From the NCBI GenBank assembly GCA_029260615.1, contig JAJDCX010000016.1, positions 1,464-65,463 on the forward strand: a stretch of DNA of 64,000 bases, in the 5' to 3' direction. Positions 62,135-64,000 of the stretch are shown one piece after another. The number at the start of each line of letters is the position of its first letter. The first letter of the stretch is position 1. Under the pieces are notes generated by a model. The model searched no databases. It worked only from the letters and a program-made list of their open reading frames with translations, and had not been told where the DNA came from. This DNA is from Phycisphaeraceae bacterium (GTDB lineage Bacteria > Planctomycetota > Phycisphaerae > Phycisphaerales > Phycisphaeraceae). Both the position numbers and the translations under genes were made by a program.

Positions 62135-62169
62135 GGGTCTAGGGTCTGGGGTTCAGGGTCTAGGGTTAG
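62135..62169. repeat. Five tandem 7-nt units GGGTCTA GGGTCTG GGGTTCA GGGTCTA GGGTTAG abutting the permease start codon
   Basis: Read directly from the sequence. G3-N4 periodicity on the + strand satisfies the G-quadruplex motif. On the mRNA (minus) strand it is a C3-N4 tract ending ...CCCTAGACCC-ATG. Confidence 0.9.
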
Positions 62170-62255
62170 GCAACGCCGGTTCTGAGCGAAGCGAAGGGCC
62201 GGGTGTTCCCGGGGCTCGGGTATCGGAAAATATTGTTAGGTCTGGGCTCTTTTAT

Positions 62256-63212
62256 TTATGCGATGGCCTTGGCGGCGCCCTTGTCGTTCTCTTGGAAGAG
62301 TTGTAAGTAGTAATCTTCAAGGTTGGGCTTTCGGCGGGTCACTTCCCGCACCGGCATGCTCTTCTCGGTGAGTTTCAAAGTCAGTGCGTCGGTCAGATCA
62401 TCCTTCCCGGCGGGGGTGACTTCAACACGGCACCAGCCGTCGTGGGGGATGACCTCGACTTCTCGCACACCCGTCACCTCGCCAAGCGCCGCCTGCACCG
62501 CCCCAGCCTCGGCCTGCACATCTAACAACACGCGCGAGCCGCCCTGGACCTTCCCGCACAACTCGTCGGTTGTCCCATCGGCTACCAGTTCGCCTTCTTT
62601 AAGGATCAATACCCGGTCCACAGTCTTCTCGATCTCCGTGAGGATGTGGCTCGACAGCAGGATCGTGTGTTTGTCCCGCAACTCCCCGAGCAACTCGCGG
62701 AAGTGCTTGATCTGATTAGGGTCCAGCCCCGCGGTCGGCTCATCTAAGAAAAGTACCGTCGGCTCATGCAGCAACGCCTGGGCAAGCCCGACACGCTGGC
62801 GGTTGCCCTTGGAAAGTTGCCCGATCAGCCGCCGACGGATGTGGCTAAGCGAGCAACGGTCACAGACCTCGTTAATACGCCGGACACGACCGCCCCGAGA
62901 CATGTTCAACAGCTTCCCGCGATAGTCCAAGTACTCCTGCACCCGCATCTCCGGGTACAACGGCGTGGACTCCGGCAGATACCCGATCGCCGCCCGCGCC
63001 GCTTCGGATTCTTTCAGCACGTTGTGCCCCGCAATCCAAGCCGAGCCCGAGGTCGGCGGCAGATACCCGGTCAGCATCCGCAGCGTCGTACTCTTGCCCG
63101 CACCATTAGGCCCAAGGAACCCGACAACCTGACCTTTGGGTATAGCAAAACTCAGCCCCCCCACGGCACGGGTCGGCCCGAACCATTTCACCAACTGCTC
63201 GGCTTGAATCAT
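62256..63212 (-). CDS. ABC transporter ATP-binding protein (GldA-like)
   Basis: Walker A GPNGAGKSTT, signature LSKGNRQRVGLAQAL, Walker B VLFLDEPTAGLD. Confidence 0.85.
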   Translation of the reverse strand: MIQAEQLVKWFGPTRAVGGLSFAIPKGQVVGFLGPNGAGKSTTLRMLTGYLPPTSGSAWIAGHNVLKESEAARAAIGYLPESTPLYPEMRVQEYLDYRGKLLNMSRGGRVRRINEVCDRCSLSHIRRRLIGQLSKGNRQRVGLAQALLHEPTVLFLDEPTAGLDPNQIKHFRELLGELRDKHTILLSSHILTEIEKTVDRVLILKEGELVADGTTDELCGKVQGGSRVLLDVQAEAGAVQAALGEVTGVREVEVIPHDGWCRVEVTPAGKDDLTDALTLKLTEKSMPVREVTRRKPNLEDYYLQLFQENDKGAAKAIA

Positions 63213-63537
63213 ACGAAAAAACCCTTGATCGCGAACCGGTCCCAGCCCTTTGCAGGCATTGTACAGTCTGACTTACGCGGGGCGTGGGGTCAAGGTTCGC
63301 TCGGATCAGCGGTTAACGGGCGTGTCGGGTTCATGAACGCCGGGCCGTGGCGCTAGAGCCTGGTCAGGCCGACCCCCGGGATAGCCAGGCATTCTAGGTC
63401 GGTGGTGGGGCGTGGCGCTTGGGGGTTCGGCGGGAAGTCCGGGGGAAGTTCGGCGCAGACGTAGGTCCGGGCTTGCCCGGACATGGATGCGCCACCCCAC
63501 AACACGTGTCCTACGGAACTATCACAAACAGGACACA

Positions 63538-63873
63538 TTAAAGGAAGACGGCCACGATACCACATGCCATTGCTAAGATCAGTGCTAAGTTTGATCCAAG
63601 GGGAGCGTATTCACTTAGCTTTGGGTGCTCACTCCAGTAGTGAAGTATATGGGACCAGATTGCGATACAAATCCAAAATAGGCTTGCAAATACTGCGGAA
63701 GACCCCGTGACCATCATAACTGAGTCACCCGTTGCAGACGATCCCGCACTTCCAAACATAACTGAATTGCCTGTTAATAAACCAACCGTGCCAAAGAGAA
63801 GCGGGATGGTCGGCGCAATTAGACCGAGCCACAAAGGAGAGCCAAAAGGTGGTATCAGATATCGTTTTTTCAT
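63538..63873 (-). CDS. Small hypothetical membrane protein in an AT-rich patch
   Basis: 111 aa, 3-4 hydrophobic helices, no motif recognised. Composition is visibly AT-richer than the flanks. Confidence 0.4.
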   Translation of the reverse strand: MKKRYLIPPFGSPLWLGLIAPTIPLLFGTVGLLTGNSVMFGSAGSSATGDSVMMVTGSSAVFASLFWICIAIWSHILHYWSEHPKLSEYAPLGSNLALILAMACGIVAVFL

Positions 63874-64000
63874 TGCTTAAACTCAAATGTAAGTAACCAT
63901 TATCCGTCACGGAGGAAGAAAAGGGCATCAGGCCCGACGCGGGACCGTCGGTTAGTTCGAATTCCGGATCACGCCCATAAACGCGGAGCCGTAGCGTTTG

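Noticed and set aside
63950-63990. tRNA-like GTTCGAATTCC word
   Set aside because: The flanking bases cannot form a T-stem or an acceptor stem on either strand, so it is not a tRNA gene. At most it is a fragment.

Overview
High-GC bacterial chromosomal segment (G+C not computed), densely coding on both strands. I call about 55 protein genes. I recognise no rRNA, tRNA, CRISPR array, transposase or integrase. The gene content suggests a Planctomycetota/PVC-type organism, but this is inference only: an exosortase/PEP-CTERM module, a very large LepB with a zinc ribbon, scattered single nuo genes, mcsAB, a GldG/DUF4340 ABC module and a giant TPR lipoprotein. Layout: (1) 252-8652 (+) is a tightly coupled cytochrome c maturation plus heme biosynthesis unit, ccmE-ccmF-unknown-ccmA-ccmB-ccmC-ccmD-hemA-fused siroheme decarboxylase. 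(2) recN, a DUF2892 protein, a PilZ protein and an 833-bp non-coding gap. (3) Tat-dioxygenase, DUF1294, EthD and an isolated nuoB. (4) 15.3-26.7 kb (+) is an exosortase module: glycosyltransferase, acetyltransferase, FemAB-like protein, exosortase-EpsI fusion, 1513-aa TPR lipoprotein and one PEP-CTERM repeat protein. (5) Housekeeping mix: histidine kinase, ilvH, lepB, isolated nuoH, GNAT, trpC, tsaD, ctpA, radA, a YdiJ-like FAD/FeS oxidase, STAS, peroxiredoxin, larE, mcsAB, a CBS pair, mutY, an orphan NrdJ C-terminal-like protein and purF. (6) 57.0-63.2 kb (-) is an ABC ATPase-permease-GldG-DUF4340 module. Most noteworthy: the CcmE carries Cys instead of the heme-binding His (CxxxY, variant System I), there is no ccmG/ccmH, and an uncharacterised Met/His-rich 410-aa protein is translationally coupled inside the operon. 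Second, a TAnnnT hexamer sits exactly 6 nt upstream of the ATG of at least seven operon-leading genes, which predicts leaderless mRNAs. Also notable are a five-unit GGGTNNN heptad tract abutting a start codon, an orphan NrdJ C-terminal fragment gene, and a compact exosortase module with a single adjacent beta-propeller-like substrate. All family names come from reading motifs by eye. No searches or computations were run.
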